Origin: an uncultured Alphaproteobacteria bacterium
Lineage (GTDB): Bacteria; Pseudomonadota; Alphaproteobacteria; Rs-D84
Length of the DNA: 64,000 nucleotides
Assembly (NCBI GenBank): GCA_944389345.1
Contig: CALXMA010000001.1
Coordinates: forward strand, 1,623-65,622
Direction: 5' to 3'
This document shows positions 54,078-64,000 of the stretch, piece after piece. How positions within the stretch are numbered: position 1 is the stretch's first letter; each line of letters starts with the position of its first letter. Below the pieces are notes generated by a model. The model had not been told where the DNA came from. It did not search any database and saw nothing but the letters and a program-made list of their open reading frames with translations. Both the position numbers and the translations under genes were made by a program.

Positions 54078-55235
54078 TTAAACATCAAAATTATATGCCT
54101 GGACTGATTTGACGATGGCGGCCACTAATTTATCCTGGTGGGCGGACGTTTTTAATAGTTTTTCTTCGGTCGCATTAGACAAATGCCCCAATTCAATTAA
54201 CGCCCCGGGAACCGTTGAACGCAACACCGCAAACGGCGCATGACGAACGTCTGGGCCAGGTTGCTGGGTTATTTTGGCCCGCTTGAATGCGGATGCGCAC
54301 CCGTTTGCGTATTCCACAGACATTTCCGCCACCGCGTGCTGTTGCAGTGATGATAACGCGATTCTGATATCTTTATCAAACTGTTCAAAACCACTGACGT
54401 CGATTTTGTCGGCGGCGTTTTCCGCATCGGCCAGTTTTGCAGCCTCCTCATCCGACGCCTTTTCCGATAATGTATAGATTGAAAATCCCTGCATAGAGCG
54501 ACTGGGGTTAGCGTTCGCGTGCAAAGACAAGAACAAATCTGCGTGTTTCTTTTCGCCAATAGATGCACGATGCGCCAATTTCAGGTATGTATCATTACTG
54601 CGCGTCAGGTATGTTTGGAACCCGGCCGCATCCAGTTTTGATTTCAATTTTTTTGCCACAGACAGAACAACAACCTTTTCTTTGGTTCCGCCCTTGCCTA
54701 TGCAACCGGGATCTTTGCCCCCGTGGCCGGCGTCTATCACAATCGTATATTTACGTGATGGCGTTGTTGAATGCGCGACACTGGTTGTGGTGGCGGTTTT
54801 GGCCCCCGCCCCCGTACCGGCAACAAAGTCCAACACCAGGCGGTAATCATTATCGCCGTTCGGATTCAGCAACATTATACTGTCGCGCGGTATTTCATTT
54901 ATGGGACGCGACAAGTCCGCAATGATTTGCAGTTTGTCGCCACTTTGTACCTGGGTTATGGCGGTAATCAACGTCCCCGACGCCATTGCCGGTGCCAAAG
55001 ATGCATTCGCCGCGGTGTTAGATAATGTAACGACCAACTGATTCGTTGGATATGACAATGTATACGACGGACGTTCGGACGTTTCAATCACCAGACGGGT
55101 TTTATTTCCCGGCTGAATCCCCGTGCGAACAGTACGCAAAGAATTGCGTCCCGCAAATGCGACACGTGGCAACATTGCAATTGCCATCGTGCCCAGTCCC
55201 GTAATTTTCAAAAGTGTACGACGTGTAAACTTCAT
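54078..55235 (-). CDS. amiC: N-acetylmuramoyl-L-alanine amidase with Tat signal and AMIN domain
   Basis: MKFTRRTLLKITGLGTMA twin-arginine signal; IVIDAGHGGKDPGCIG, FLSLHANA, ELGHLSN. Confidence 0.9.
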   Translation of the reverse strand: MKFTRRTLLKITGLGTMAIAMLPRVAFAGRNSLRTVRTGIQPGNKTRLVIETSERPSYTLSYPTNQLVVTLSNTAANASLAPAMASGTLITAITQVQSGDKLQIIADLSRPINEIPRDSIMLLNPNGDNDYRLVLDFVAGTGAGAKTATTTSVAHSTTPSRKYTIVIDAGHGGKDPGCIGKGGTKEKVVVLSVAKKLKSKLDAAGFQTYLTRSNDTYLKLAHRASIGEKKHADLFLSLHANANPSRSMQGFSIYTLSEKASDEEAAKLADAENAADKIDVSGFEQFDKDIRIALSSLQQHAVAEMSVEYANGCASAFKRAKITQQPGPDVRHAPFAVLRSTVPGALIELGHLSNATEEKLLKTSAHQDKLVAAIVKSVQAYNFDV

Positions 55236-55355
55236 TTTGTATCATTGTATCAAATTTTCGATATTCATTCAAGTTTTATCCAGGAATAAAAACGGACGAT
55301 TGATTAAAATCGTCCGTTTAAGGGTATGTTTTTTATTGCTTGTTATGGTTTGCCA

Positions 55356-56540
55356 TTACTGGCTGATGCAACTGGCAAACATTTGCGCAACCATATTTGT
55401 TTCCTGGGTTGTCATGGTTGCCACAGGAACAATATAACAACGCGAACTGTCGCGGATAATAAACACCTTGGTCCCGCGGGTATATGCGGTTTGCATATCC
55501 GCCAACTGGGCCGTGGTCAAGAACGCGTTTTGTGTTGTTGCAGGATTGCTCATGGCGGCCTGGACAACCTGGTGCGCGGTATCATAGTCATAAATCTGGG
55601 ACATGGATGTTAATTCCATATACAGACTCTGATTTTCATACGGATTTTCCACCTGGGGTGTTGCAGTTGGAAATGCGACGCCCGTTGCCAGTGCCGCGAC
55701 CGTTTGCAACGTTGTTGGTTGCGACGAATCAGATGTCGGTGTTGACGCCGTGTTTATCTGTAAATTGTCGCCACACGCCAAATTCATACGGTTGGCATAA
55801 CTGGCCAATACGGAATCAACCGCCATTTGCCAATCTTCGCCCTTGTTATTCATATCCAGGTTCAAAATCTTTTCCGCCCATCCCCATATGTTCGCGCCGA
55901 CATTGCCCGCATTCGCAAATCGCGTAACCATTTCTGCCGAACCGCCTGGGACGCCCGCACCACACGCATCAGTTAACTGGGTATTTAACATACTGGCGGT
56001 TTCGTTTCCGTATGCCAACGCAACGGAATGACACGCCATTGCGGCCTCTAATTCCTGGCGACGTTGCAGACACAAATCAGAATGTGTTTTTGACAATTCG
56101 TCGGCCATATTCGCCATGGACAGGTATGACATAACCTCTTGCTGGACATAAGGGGGACACAGACGCGCCGCCGTATTCAAACCACCCGTTCCCGTGCGTG
56201 TATTCGTGTTATATTGTGGCAGTAAAACATCCGTATCGCGTTGCAGACACAGCAATGCGTAATTATACAATTCTGTTTCCGTGGCATATTGACAACGACC
56301 AGTACGCTGGCCCGGTAAAACCGTTACATCGCCACAGTATTCCGCCAAACAATTATAAATTTTTTCACGACATGCACTGTCCACATCTGGCTGGGTCACC
56401 ATGTAATATGTGTTCCGCTGGTTCGTTTGGTATGCGTTAGCCAAACTCTGGTATCCGCGTCCAGTTGTCGGTGTCGCACCAAAAGCCGGAACCGCGCACA
56501 AACCCGCCATTACACCAATTGCCAGAAATGTGTTCTTCAT
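55356..56540 (-). CDS. secreted hypothetical protein (about 394 aa, multiple Cys)
   Basis: GAGAGGGA RBS; signal peptide MKNTFLAIGVMAGLCAVPAFGA; no motif recognised. Confidence 0.6.
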   Translation of the reverse strand: MKNTFLAIGVMAGLCAVPAFGATPTTGRGYQSLANAYQTNQRNTYYMVTQPDVDSACREKIYNCLAEYCGDVTVLPGQRTGRCQYATETELYNYALLCLQRDTDVLLPQYNTNTRTGTGGLNTAARLCPPYVQQEVMSYLSMANMADELSKTHSDLCLQRRQELEAAMACHSVALAYGNETASMLNTQLTDACGAGVPGGSAEMVTRFANAGNVGANIWGWAEKILNLDMNNKGEDWQMAVDSVLASYANRMNLACGDNLQINTASTPTSDSSQPTTLQTVAALATGVAFPTATPQVENPYENQSLYMELTSMSQIYDYDTAHQVVQAAMSNPATTQNAFLTTAQLADMQTAYTRGTKVFIIRDSSRCYIVPVATMTTQETNMVAQMFASCISQ

Positions 56541-56660
56541 GATAAATTCCCTCTCTGTTAGAAAAATTTTAGCACATTGTGAAAAAAAAGGCAATCGTTC
56601 ATTTATATCCCGTTTCACAAATTTATTGATTCCGCGCAATAAGTTGCTACTATACCAGGT

Positions 56661-57744
56661 ATGATTATGCCAAACGAAGTTTTATCACAAATCGCAGACG
56701 ACATTTCCGCCGTCAGGGGGTTTCTTTGACCCGGAAAAGTTAGAATCCGAAATATCCAAATTGAACGACCGGGTTAACGCGCCTGATTTATGGGACAATC
56801 CTGATAATGCGCGTGCATTGTTGCAGAAAAAATCTGGGCTGGAAAAATCATTGGCAGAATTACGCGATTTAGAGTCTGAATATGCGATGCTGGCCGAAAT
56901 GTATGAATTTGCCCCGGATGATCCGGACGTTATACAAGGCATAGAAAAATTGGCCGAAAATGCACATCGCGCAAAATTCATCACCCTGTTCCGCGACCCT
57001 GCCGACAATAATGGTGCGTTTCTGTTTATCCAGGCCGGCGCCGGCGGGACCGAGGCCCAAGACTGGGCGCAAATGTTGGCGCGAATGTATGCACGGTGGG
57101 CCGAACGTCATGGATTCACATGTGATGTTATCGAAGAACATCCGGGCGATACCGCCGGAATAAAAAACATTACATATCGCATAAGCGGTGAGCGTGCGTA
57201 CGGGTGGTTAAAAAACGAAATTGGCGTTCATCGGTTGGTACGAATTTCACCATTTAACGCAAACGGCAAGCGCCAGACCAGTTTTGCGTCTGTGGATGTT
57301 TGGCCCGACGTTGATGATTCTGTGGAAATTGAAATTAATGATAAAGACCTGCGTATCGATACATATCGGTCGTCTGGGGCCGGTGGCCAGCATGTTAACA
57401 AAACCGACAGCGCCGTTCGAATAACACATATACCAACCGGCGTGGTTGTCACATGCCAGAACGAACGCAGTCAAATCCAAAATCGCGAAATGGCGATGAA
57501 GATGTTGCGCAGTCGTCTGTATGAACTGGAAATGCAAAAACGGGCCGAGGCCGAAAATGCCGTTTTGGCACAACAGAAAAAAATCGAATGGGGCAGTCAA
57601 ATCAGAAACTATGTACTGTACCCGTATCAGTTGGTCAAAGATGTTCGCACAGGTGTCGAAAAAACAGATTCTGGGGCTGTGCTGGACGGCGATTTAGACG
57701 ATTTTATGATTGCGTGTCTGCAACGCGACCAGGGAACAAAATAA
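56661..57744 (+). CDS. prfB: peptide chain release factor 2, with programmed +1 frameshift at 56724-56730
   Basis: ATG 56661; AGGGGG-TTT-CTT-TGA-C site; downstream frame has the SPF-region context, GGQHVNKTDSAVRITH (GGQ) and LYPYQLVKD. Confidence 0.95.
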
Positions 57745-57810
57745 GGCACACTTGACTTTTTTATATGTTGACATAAAATACATTTGACAAGAACAAAAGC
57801 AAAAAAAAGA

Positions 57811-58617
57811 ATGTCAGACGTTTTATATCATTTTTCGGCGATACGCAGTGTTATTCCGTATGCGTTCGATATCACACAACCCAAAATCCCCGGCAGTTTG
57901 CGTTCTGTATTTGTCGCGCACAGTGCCGATGGTGATTTTATATGCAAATTTAACCACAGAAATTTGGCGGTAAAAAACGCAATTGTGGCAAATGCTATGT
58001 CCCAATGCGGAATCAAGGTACCGAATATCAGCGTTCATAACTATAAAGGCAAATGGTTCGAAGTATATCCGATTATTCCGGGCAAGACACTGTACGAAAA
58101 CATAGGCGCAGGAATGCCCCGCGACCAGGTTGAATCTGTGTATGCAGACATTGTCCGCGCATTCGCAAAAATGGACATCATCAGCCCGAACATATTGGCC
58201 GACGTTAAATGCAAGCATTCTTACCAAGTTGCCAAAATTAATATAACGGATGCCAATAACGCCATATTCGCATTTGTGTTCTCTGGCGCGGTACGATATA
58301 TGAACCAGACGAGTCCAGAAAATCGTGGAATTTACCACTGTGGAATTACGCCAAAGAATATAATATTGGACGAAAACGGCAAATTTTCTGGTCTGGTCGA
58401 TATGGACGAAGTTGCAATCGCAGACAAAAATTACGCGTTCGGGATGATGGCCGCCAAGTATCAACAATTGGGGCACAACCCGGAAAATTTGATGAACCAG
58501 TACGAGACGCAAACCGGAAGAAAGTTAGACAGACAAAAAATCAAAATTATTTCGGATATGACCAATATGGGTAAAGCGATACTGTGGCGCGCCAATCATT
58601 TGATTCGTGGCAGATAG
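57811..58617 (+). CDS. aminoglycoside/choline-kinase-like phosphotransferase fold protein with an atypical catalytic loop
   Basis: FICKF (Lys), YHCGITPKNIILDENGKFSGLVDMDEV aligns with the HGDLxxxNIL...IDxE pattern, but Gly replaces the catalytic Asp. Confidence 0.6.
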   Translation: MSDVLYHFSAIRSVIPYAFDITQPKIPGSLRSVFVAHSADGDFICKFNHRNLAVKNAIVANAMSQCGIKVPNISVHNYKGKWFEVYPIIPGKTLYENIGAGMPRDQVESVYADIVRAFAKMDIISPNILADVKCKHSYQVAKINITDANNAIFAFVFSGAVRYMNQTSPENRGIYHCGITPKNIILDENGKFSGLVDMDEVAIADKNYAFGMMAAKYQQLGHNPENLMNQYETQTGRKLDRQKIKIISDMTNMGKAILWRANHLIRGR

Positions 58618-59087
58618 TAAACAATATTTTTCCTAATATGCGGTCGGCAATCTATATCCATCGCCACTGCCACCGCCAGTATTACAGCCACACAACGCCA
58701 ACACAATTATCAACGTAGTATATCTTTTCTTTTTCTCTCCCCTTTATGGATACCTAATTAAAAAGACCGCCAACAAGAATTGACGGTCGGGGAGTTCGTA
58801 AATCACTATGGCGTTGATTCCGTTGGCCTTTGGATAAAACCTTTTGTATAACCAACAGCTTCCCGACACGCAGTCGAGTGATAATCTAACGATACAATGG
58901 TGTGGAATACTGGATTACGACAACACTGTGCCGGCTATAGCAGAGCTTACGACAGCCCCGAACCCAATTCCCATTGGATTCAACCAGTATTATATCAGGA
59001 ATTTATGTAATTGTAAATAGTGGACATAAATTAAACCACCACCGATGAAACCCAATAAAAATATATACAGCCAGATAAAATCATGTA

Positions 59088-59115
59088 TTGATTTTGTGCA
59101 GGAAATCTGTATAAT
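59088..59115 (+). promoter_or_regulatory. sigma70-type promoter for tRNA-Arg
   Basis: TTGATT (59088-59093), 16-nt spacer, TATAAT (59110-59115), 16 nt before the tRNA 5' end. Confidence 0.5.
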
Positions 59116-59131
59116 TCACGGGAAAGTCAAG

Positions 59132-59208
59132 GCACCCGTGGCTCAACTGGATAGAGCATCGCCCTCCGAAGGCGGGGACTGCGCGTTCGAATCGCGCCGG
59201 GTGCGCCA
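59132..59208 (+). tRNA. tRNA-Arg (anticodon CCG), CCA encoded
   Basis: gcacccg..gctc/gagc..tcgcc-ctCCGaa-ggcgg..gcgcg-ttcgaat-cgcgc-cgggtgc-g-cca. Confidence 0.9.
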
Positions 59209-59215
59209 GAAATCC

Positions 59216-59240
59216 AACCGCCGTATGGCGGTTTAATTTA
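59216..59240 (+). terminator. intrinsic terminator after tRNA-Arg
   Basis: stem aaccgcc/ggcggtt followed by taattt. Confidence 0.55.
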
Positions 59241-59341
59241 TGCAACGTATCCCCGCCCCTGTAATTATGGATGCCAGAATAATTTATAACTTGCCGGGGT
59301 GTGGGGATTTTTGTACACTGGCGACAACACGGGGTATCATT

Positions 59342-59800
59342 ATGAAATATTATTTTGTGTTGTGCGCGTTATTTGTCCTGGTCGGTTGCAACAGCGTATA
59401 TGTAAAACCGGCATCGATTAATCCAGAATATACTTTCTATGCCGACCGTGGCGGATATGGTATGCGTCGCAGTATCAAAGAAAAGATGCAAGAACGCGGT
59501 TATCGCGTAGTTGTTGGCAAGGCGACCACCACACGCGATGCGGTGATTGGTACCGAAAGCATAGAATGGGATTCTGCGACAATTCCAACGGACGCGCGAT
59601 ATGTTGTAAAGGTTGCTGAACGTCGTGAACGTTTCAATCCGTTTTGGTGTCCGTTTAATGGGTTCTGGTGGTGGAATTTTAACGTATCTGTGGCAGACCA
59701 GAAAACCGGCGAAGAAATTATGACGTGGCGTGGACGCGCGTGTCAAAACAGTGCGTTGCGCATGCTGGACGACATTCTGGACAAGATGGAGGAAAAATAA
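59342..59800 (+). CDS. lipoprotein, function unknown
   Basis: MKYYFVLCALFVLVGCNS lipobox; ATG at 59342. Confidence 0.6.
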   Translation: MKYYFVLCALFVLVGCNSVYVKPASINPEYTFYADRGGYGMRRSIKEKMQERGYRVVVGKATTTRDAVIGTESIEWDSATIPTDARYVVKVAERRERFNPFWCPFNGFWWWNFNVSVADQKTGEEIMTWRGRACQNSALRMLDDILDKMEEK

Positions 59801-59802
59801 AA

Positions 59803-60231
59803 ATGTCAAACACGGATGATATTCAATCAATTATAGATATTGTTAAATCGTGCGAAAATGCTGTTTTGGCGACTAATCGATTGGACGGATATCCAGATGT
59901 TCGTACAATTATGAATGCGCTGAACGCCGATATAACCGATTTGCATTTGCACTTTATCACGGATGCGGACAGTCCAAAGTTCAAACAAATTGCACATAAT
60001 CAAAAATGCTGTATATATTATTTCAATCCAGAAACGCGCATGGCCGTACGATTGTTCGGAGAAATGCAAAACGTTGACGACATAGATGCCAAGAAAAGAT
60101 ATTGGCACGACAGGTATCGGCAATTTGGGTATACCGGTCCAGATGATGCGAATTTGATTTTGATGGAATTTATGCCAAAAACATACAAATTTTACGACAG
60201 AAACGACGAATTAAAAACCGGATTAATTTAA
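59803..60231 (+). CDS. pyridoxamine 5'-phosphate oxidase-like FMN-binding protein (general stress protein 26-like)
   Basis: CENAVLATNRLDGYPDVRTIMNAL...CCIYYFNPETRMAVRLFGEM...YWHDRY pattern. Confidence 0.55.
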   Translation: MSNTDDIQSIIDIVKSCENAVLATNRLDGYPDVRTIMNALNADITDLHLHFITDADSPKFKQIAHNQKCCIYYFNPETRMAVRLFGEMQNVDDIDAKKRYWHDRYRQFGYTGPDDANLILMEFMPKTYKFYDRNDELKTGLI

Positions 60232-60232
60232 T

Positions 60233-60260
60233 TAAAAATCCCCCAAACGGGGGATTTTTC
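60233..60260. terminator. bidirectional intrinsic terminator
   Basis: stem tccccc/ggggga (60239-60244/60249-60254) flanked by A and T runs. Confidence 0.7.
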
Positions 60261-60283
60261 TTGTCTGTGTTCCGGGTTCACCA

Positions 60284-60910
60284 TTATTCATCAATATTGG
60301 TGTATTCACAGAAACCTTCGTTAGTATCACAGCGAGAAATTGTACCTTCGCTGATGAAATAGCCCTGGGCGTGCAAGCATGCCGGACAAACCTTTGGTGC
60401 TTCGGTTCCGATGTGCCACATGCCACAGTTCGTGCAACGCCACATAACAATTTTGTCTTGCTTGAACAATGTGCCGTTTTCGATGGCGTCTATTAACGCG
60501 CGATAGCGTGATTCGTGATAACGTTCCGCATACCCGATATTTTTCAAAATTTCTGCGATTGCGTCAAAGCCTTCTTGGGCGGCGATTTGCGCAAATTTCG
60601 GATACATATTTGTGTTTTCTTCGTGTTCACCGAATGCGGCCGCCTGTAAATTTTCCAGGGTCGTACCGATTTTTCCCGCCGGGAACGATGCGGTTATTTC
60701 TAAATCGCCACCTTCTAGAAATTTGAACAAGCGGGACGCGTGTTCTTTTTCCTGTTCTGCGGTTTCCAAAAAGATTTTACCAATTGCCTGGTATCCTTCG
60801 TCTTTGGCCTTGCTGGCGAAAAAAGTATAACGATTGCGTGCCTGGGATTCGCCGGCGAATGCAATCAACAAATTCTTTTCGGTTTGTGTGCCTTTTAATG
60901 ACAATGCCAT
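60284..60910 (-). CDS. rbr: rubrerythrin
   Basis: GTQTEKNLLIAFAGESQARNRY, EQEKEHA, AFGEHEE, ERYHESRY di-iron ligands; C-terminal rubredoxin-like WRCTNCG...CPAC. Confidence 0.9.
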   Translation of the reverse strand: MALSLKGTQTEKNLLIAFAGESQARNRYTFFASKAKDEGYQAIGKIFLETAEQEKEHASRLFKFLEGGDLEITASFPAGKIGTTLENLQAAAFGEHEENTNMYPKFAQIAAQEGFDAIAEILKNIGYAERYHESRYRALIDAIENGTLFKQDKIVMWRCTNCGMWHIGTEAPKVCPACLHAQGYFISEGTISRCDTNEGFCEYTNIDE

Positions 60911-60992
60911 GATTATGTTCTCCTTTTCTGGTTTGTTTATTAGCGGTTGGAATTTTAACAGATAAAATTCCAAAAATCAAATTTCCAATCTG

Positions 60993-62532
<1,540 letters not shown>

Positions 62533-62582
62533 CTAAACTCCTCGCTAATAACGCTCGTCGTTAAGAACCGCTATGTGCGGAT

Positions 62583-62659
62583 TCGCGACGGAAACTGGCA
62601 CTGCCGTTGCCGCCATCACCCGCCCGAATATGAATCTTTGCTTTATCTAGAAACTTCAT
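62583..62659 (-). repeat. 77-nt duplicate of the obgE 5' coding end, forming a 32-codon upstream ORF
   Basis: Identical to 62408-62484 except for 5 substitutions, all synonymous; reads [32 protein letters not shown]. Confidence 0.85.
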
Positions 62660-62739
62660 CTGTTTTTTCTTTGTTTTTGGTCATTATAACTTAAAAACTT
62701 GCATTTGCCACCATAAATATTATAATTGTTTTGTCGCAA

Positions 62740-63050
62740 TTGCGATGATGATTCTGAACCCGTTGCGGAATAGTCGTTATGGACTGGGGGGCGGTACCCC
62801 ACAGCTCCACCAATAAATTCTTCATGGGGCTGACATAGTTTCGACAGGCGAAATAAAGGCAAATCGGTTGAATCCGACGTGGCGTCGTAAAAAGCCAAAT
62901 AAAAACTGAATGGCGATAGAATCGCTGCGAACGACAACGTTCGCCTTGCAATGGCTGCCTAATTGGCGTTTGGATATAATTGGCGATTGTTGATTGTATC
63001 CGTTTAGCCTTATTGCGGGGTCGCTGGGTACCCGGCAACAGAAACCCAGC
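62740..63050 (+). ncRNA. ssrA: tmRNA (ssrA), circularly permuted two-piece type; outer boundaries approximate
   Basis: Acceptor piece ends ...ggac-tgggg-ggcggta-cccca-cagctccACCA at 62812. The coding piece starts GGGGCTGAcatagTTTCGACagg at 62826. Tag ORF 62927-62962 reads ANDNVRLAMAA*. Confidence 0.8.
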
Positions 63051-63101
63051 GTGATGTTTATAACAAACCGCTGTGAATCAAATAAATAAAAAGGTTAAAA
63101 T

Positions 63102-63332
63102 ATGTTTGGAAAAATCAAAAAAGTATTCTTTACGGGTATGTTTGGGATTTTGTATGTATCGTTTGTTGCACAGATTGTTTATGTCTTGGGATGGGTCCCG
63201 GGGATTGAGGCAAAATTGTCTTGGATGGGCGTGATGTCTTTGGAATGGTTGGTGTTAATCGCGGCACGCTATCTGTCCAAGCGTTCCAGCAACAGTGCAC
63301 AGTACAACGGTTTTAACAATCGTCGTCGTTAA
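63102..63332 (+). CDS. small membrane protein
   Basis: Two hydrophobic helices (FTGMFGILYVSFVAQIVYVLGWV, MGVMSLEWLVLIAARYL); terminator follows. Confidence 0.45.
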   Translation: MFGKIKKVFFTGMFGILYVSFVAQIVYVLGWVPGIEAKLSWMGVMSLEWLVLIAARYLSKRSSNSAQYNGFNNRRR

Positions 63333-63350
63333 TTTTAATCGCCGATTGTT

Positions 63351-63381
63351 TGTCCCCCGTTGAATACGGGGGATTTTTTTA
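63351..63381 (+). terminator. intrinsic terminator
   Basis: stem tcccccgt/acggggga followed by a T-run. Confidence 0.7.
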
Positions 63382-63427
63382 TAGACACTTGAAAATCAGT
63401 AAAAAAGTTCTTATATTAAATGGCGCT

Positions 63428-64000
63428 ATGAAACATTTTATTTTACCTTTTCGTAATATGATTGTTCACCCGGGACGTATCGTGCCGATTTATGTCGAAG
63501 AAGACCAGGCATTGGAAACACTGGCGCGTGCAGATGCGGGCGATAAAACCGTAATTTTGGGGTCTCATCGGGAATTATGGGAATACCCGGATCAGGTCGA
63601 AGATATTTTTTATATCGGAATTCTGGGCGAAATTGTCCAGGTGTTAAATCTGCCAAATGGCAGTGCGCACGCCGTTATTCGTACAACGAATGTTGTGCGG
63701 TTGTCTGACATTACCGTCGAAGATGGAATTTTCAGCGCGGACGCCGAAATAATCGAATACAAAGATGACGAAAAGTCCCCAGAAACATTGGGGTTGCGTA
63801 ATTTACTAGTTGAAAAAATTCAGGAATTGTCCGCATACAAGAAATTTAAGCACGAATTAATGCCGCCATTGTACCAAGACATACCATTGGCGCCATTTGT
63901 TGACCATGTGTTAAGTATGTTGGTGTTGAACACCGATGAAGAATTCCGTATTCTGTGCATACCGTCGTGGCACGACAAATTATTACACTTAATTGAATTG
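63428..64000 (+). CDS. lon: Lon protease, N-terminal substrate-binding domain (3' part outside window)
   Basis: Own translation: MKHFILPFRNMIVHPGRIVPIYVEEDQALETL...FYIGILGEIVQVLNLPNGSAHAVIRT; open to the window end (not in the ORF track because there is no stop). Confidence 0.8.
   Translation, partial: MKHFILPFRNMIVHPGRIVPIYVEEDQALETLARADAGDKTVILGSHRELWEYPDQVEDIFYIGILGEIVQVLNLPNGSAHAVIRTTNVVRLSDITVEDGIFSADAEIIEYKDDEKSPETLGLRNLLVEKIQELSAYKKFKHELMPPLYQDIPLAPFVDHVLSMLVLNTDEEFRILCIPSWHDKLLHLIEL

Noticed and set aside
58618-59131. Long spacer considered as RNase P RNA or a known riboswitch (cobalamin, TPP, glycine, fluoride, ZTP, Mn)
   Set aside because: None of the core consensus blocks I remember for these families is present on either strand. 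It is left as an unassigned candidate.
62656-62937. 93-aa minus-strand ORF
   Set aside because: It runs antisense through the tmRNA gene and the obgE-duplicate region. It is a spurious ORF.

Overview
This 64-kb chromosomal segment is moderately AT-rich and looks like a reduced, probably host-associated alphaproteobacterium. Lineage markers are a circularly permuted two-piece tmRNA gene, DUF1013/TrcR, DUF2155, ybgC-tolQ-tolR-tolA, IHF-beta and an RpoH-type dnaK promoter. Most of the window is housekeeping: adk, rpsA, tig, rpsI-rplM, an HK/RR pair, ruvB, the tol genes, gpmI, tadA, rsmD, rplY, dnaK, pfk, gdh, rpsP-rimM-trmD-rplS, tsaD, xseA, recN, addA, rpoD, cysS, a fused accD-accA, ihfB, amiC, prfB with its +1 frameshift, rubrerythrin, obgE, ssrA and the lon 5' end. 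There are four tRNAs: Gly-CCC, Ser-GCU, Ser-CGA and Arg-CCG. I saw no rRNA, CRISPR array, transposase or integrase.

The most interesting signals, in order:
1. A roughly 200-240-nt structured 5' leader is present in three clearly alignable copies (5232-5482, 42790-43016, 53175-53379) plus one divergent copy (34997-35293). It shows compensatory base changes, mutually exclusive helices and an intrinsic terminator just before the RBS. Every copy sits upstream of a gene for a Sec-exported protein. I do not recognise it as a known RNA family.
2. A paralogous family of very Cys-rich secreted proteins shares a near-identical C-terminal module (CxxC...DCYIPxGTTGSDSTGTYKYxxNCYY). A 13-Cys mini-protein lies next to one member.
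3. An orphan AbiEii-like nucleotidyltransferase is paired with a metallophosphoesterase.
4. A 77-nt duplicate of the obgE start lies upstream of the real start, and all differences between the copies are synonymous.
5. A GC-rich hairpin island is bounded by duplicated terminator and tRNA-Gly 3' segments.
6. Several features suggest gene decay or remodelling: a split addA, a frameshifted tmk-like gene, and enzymes with substituted catalytic residues.

All functional calls come from reading motifs in the supplied translations. No database search was run.
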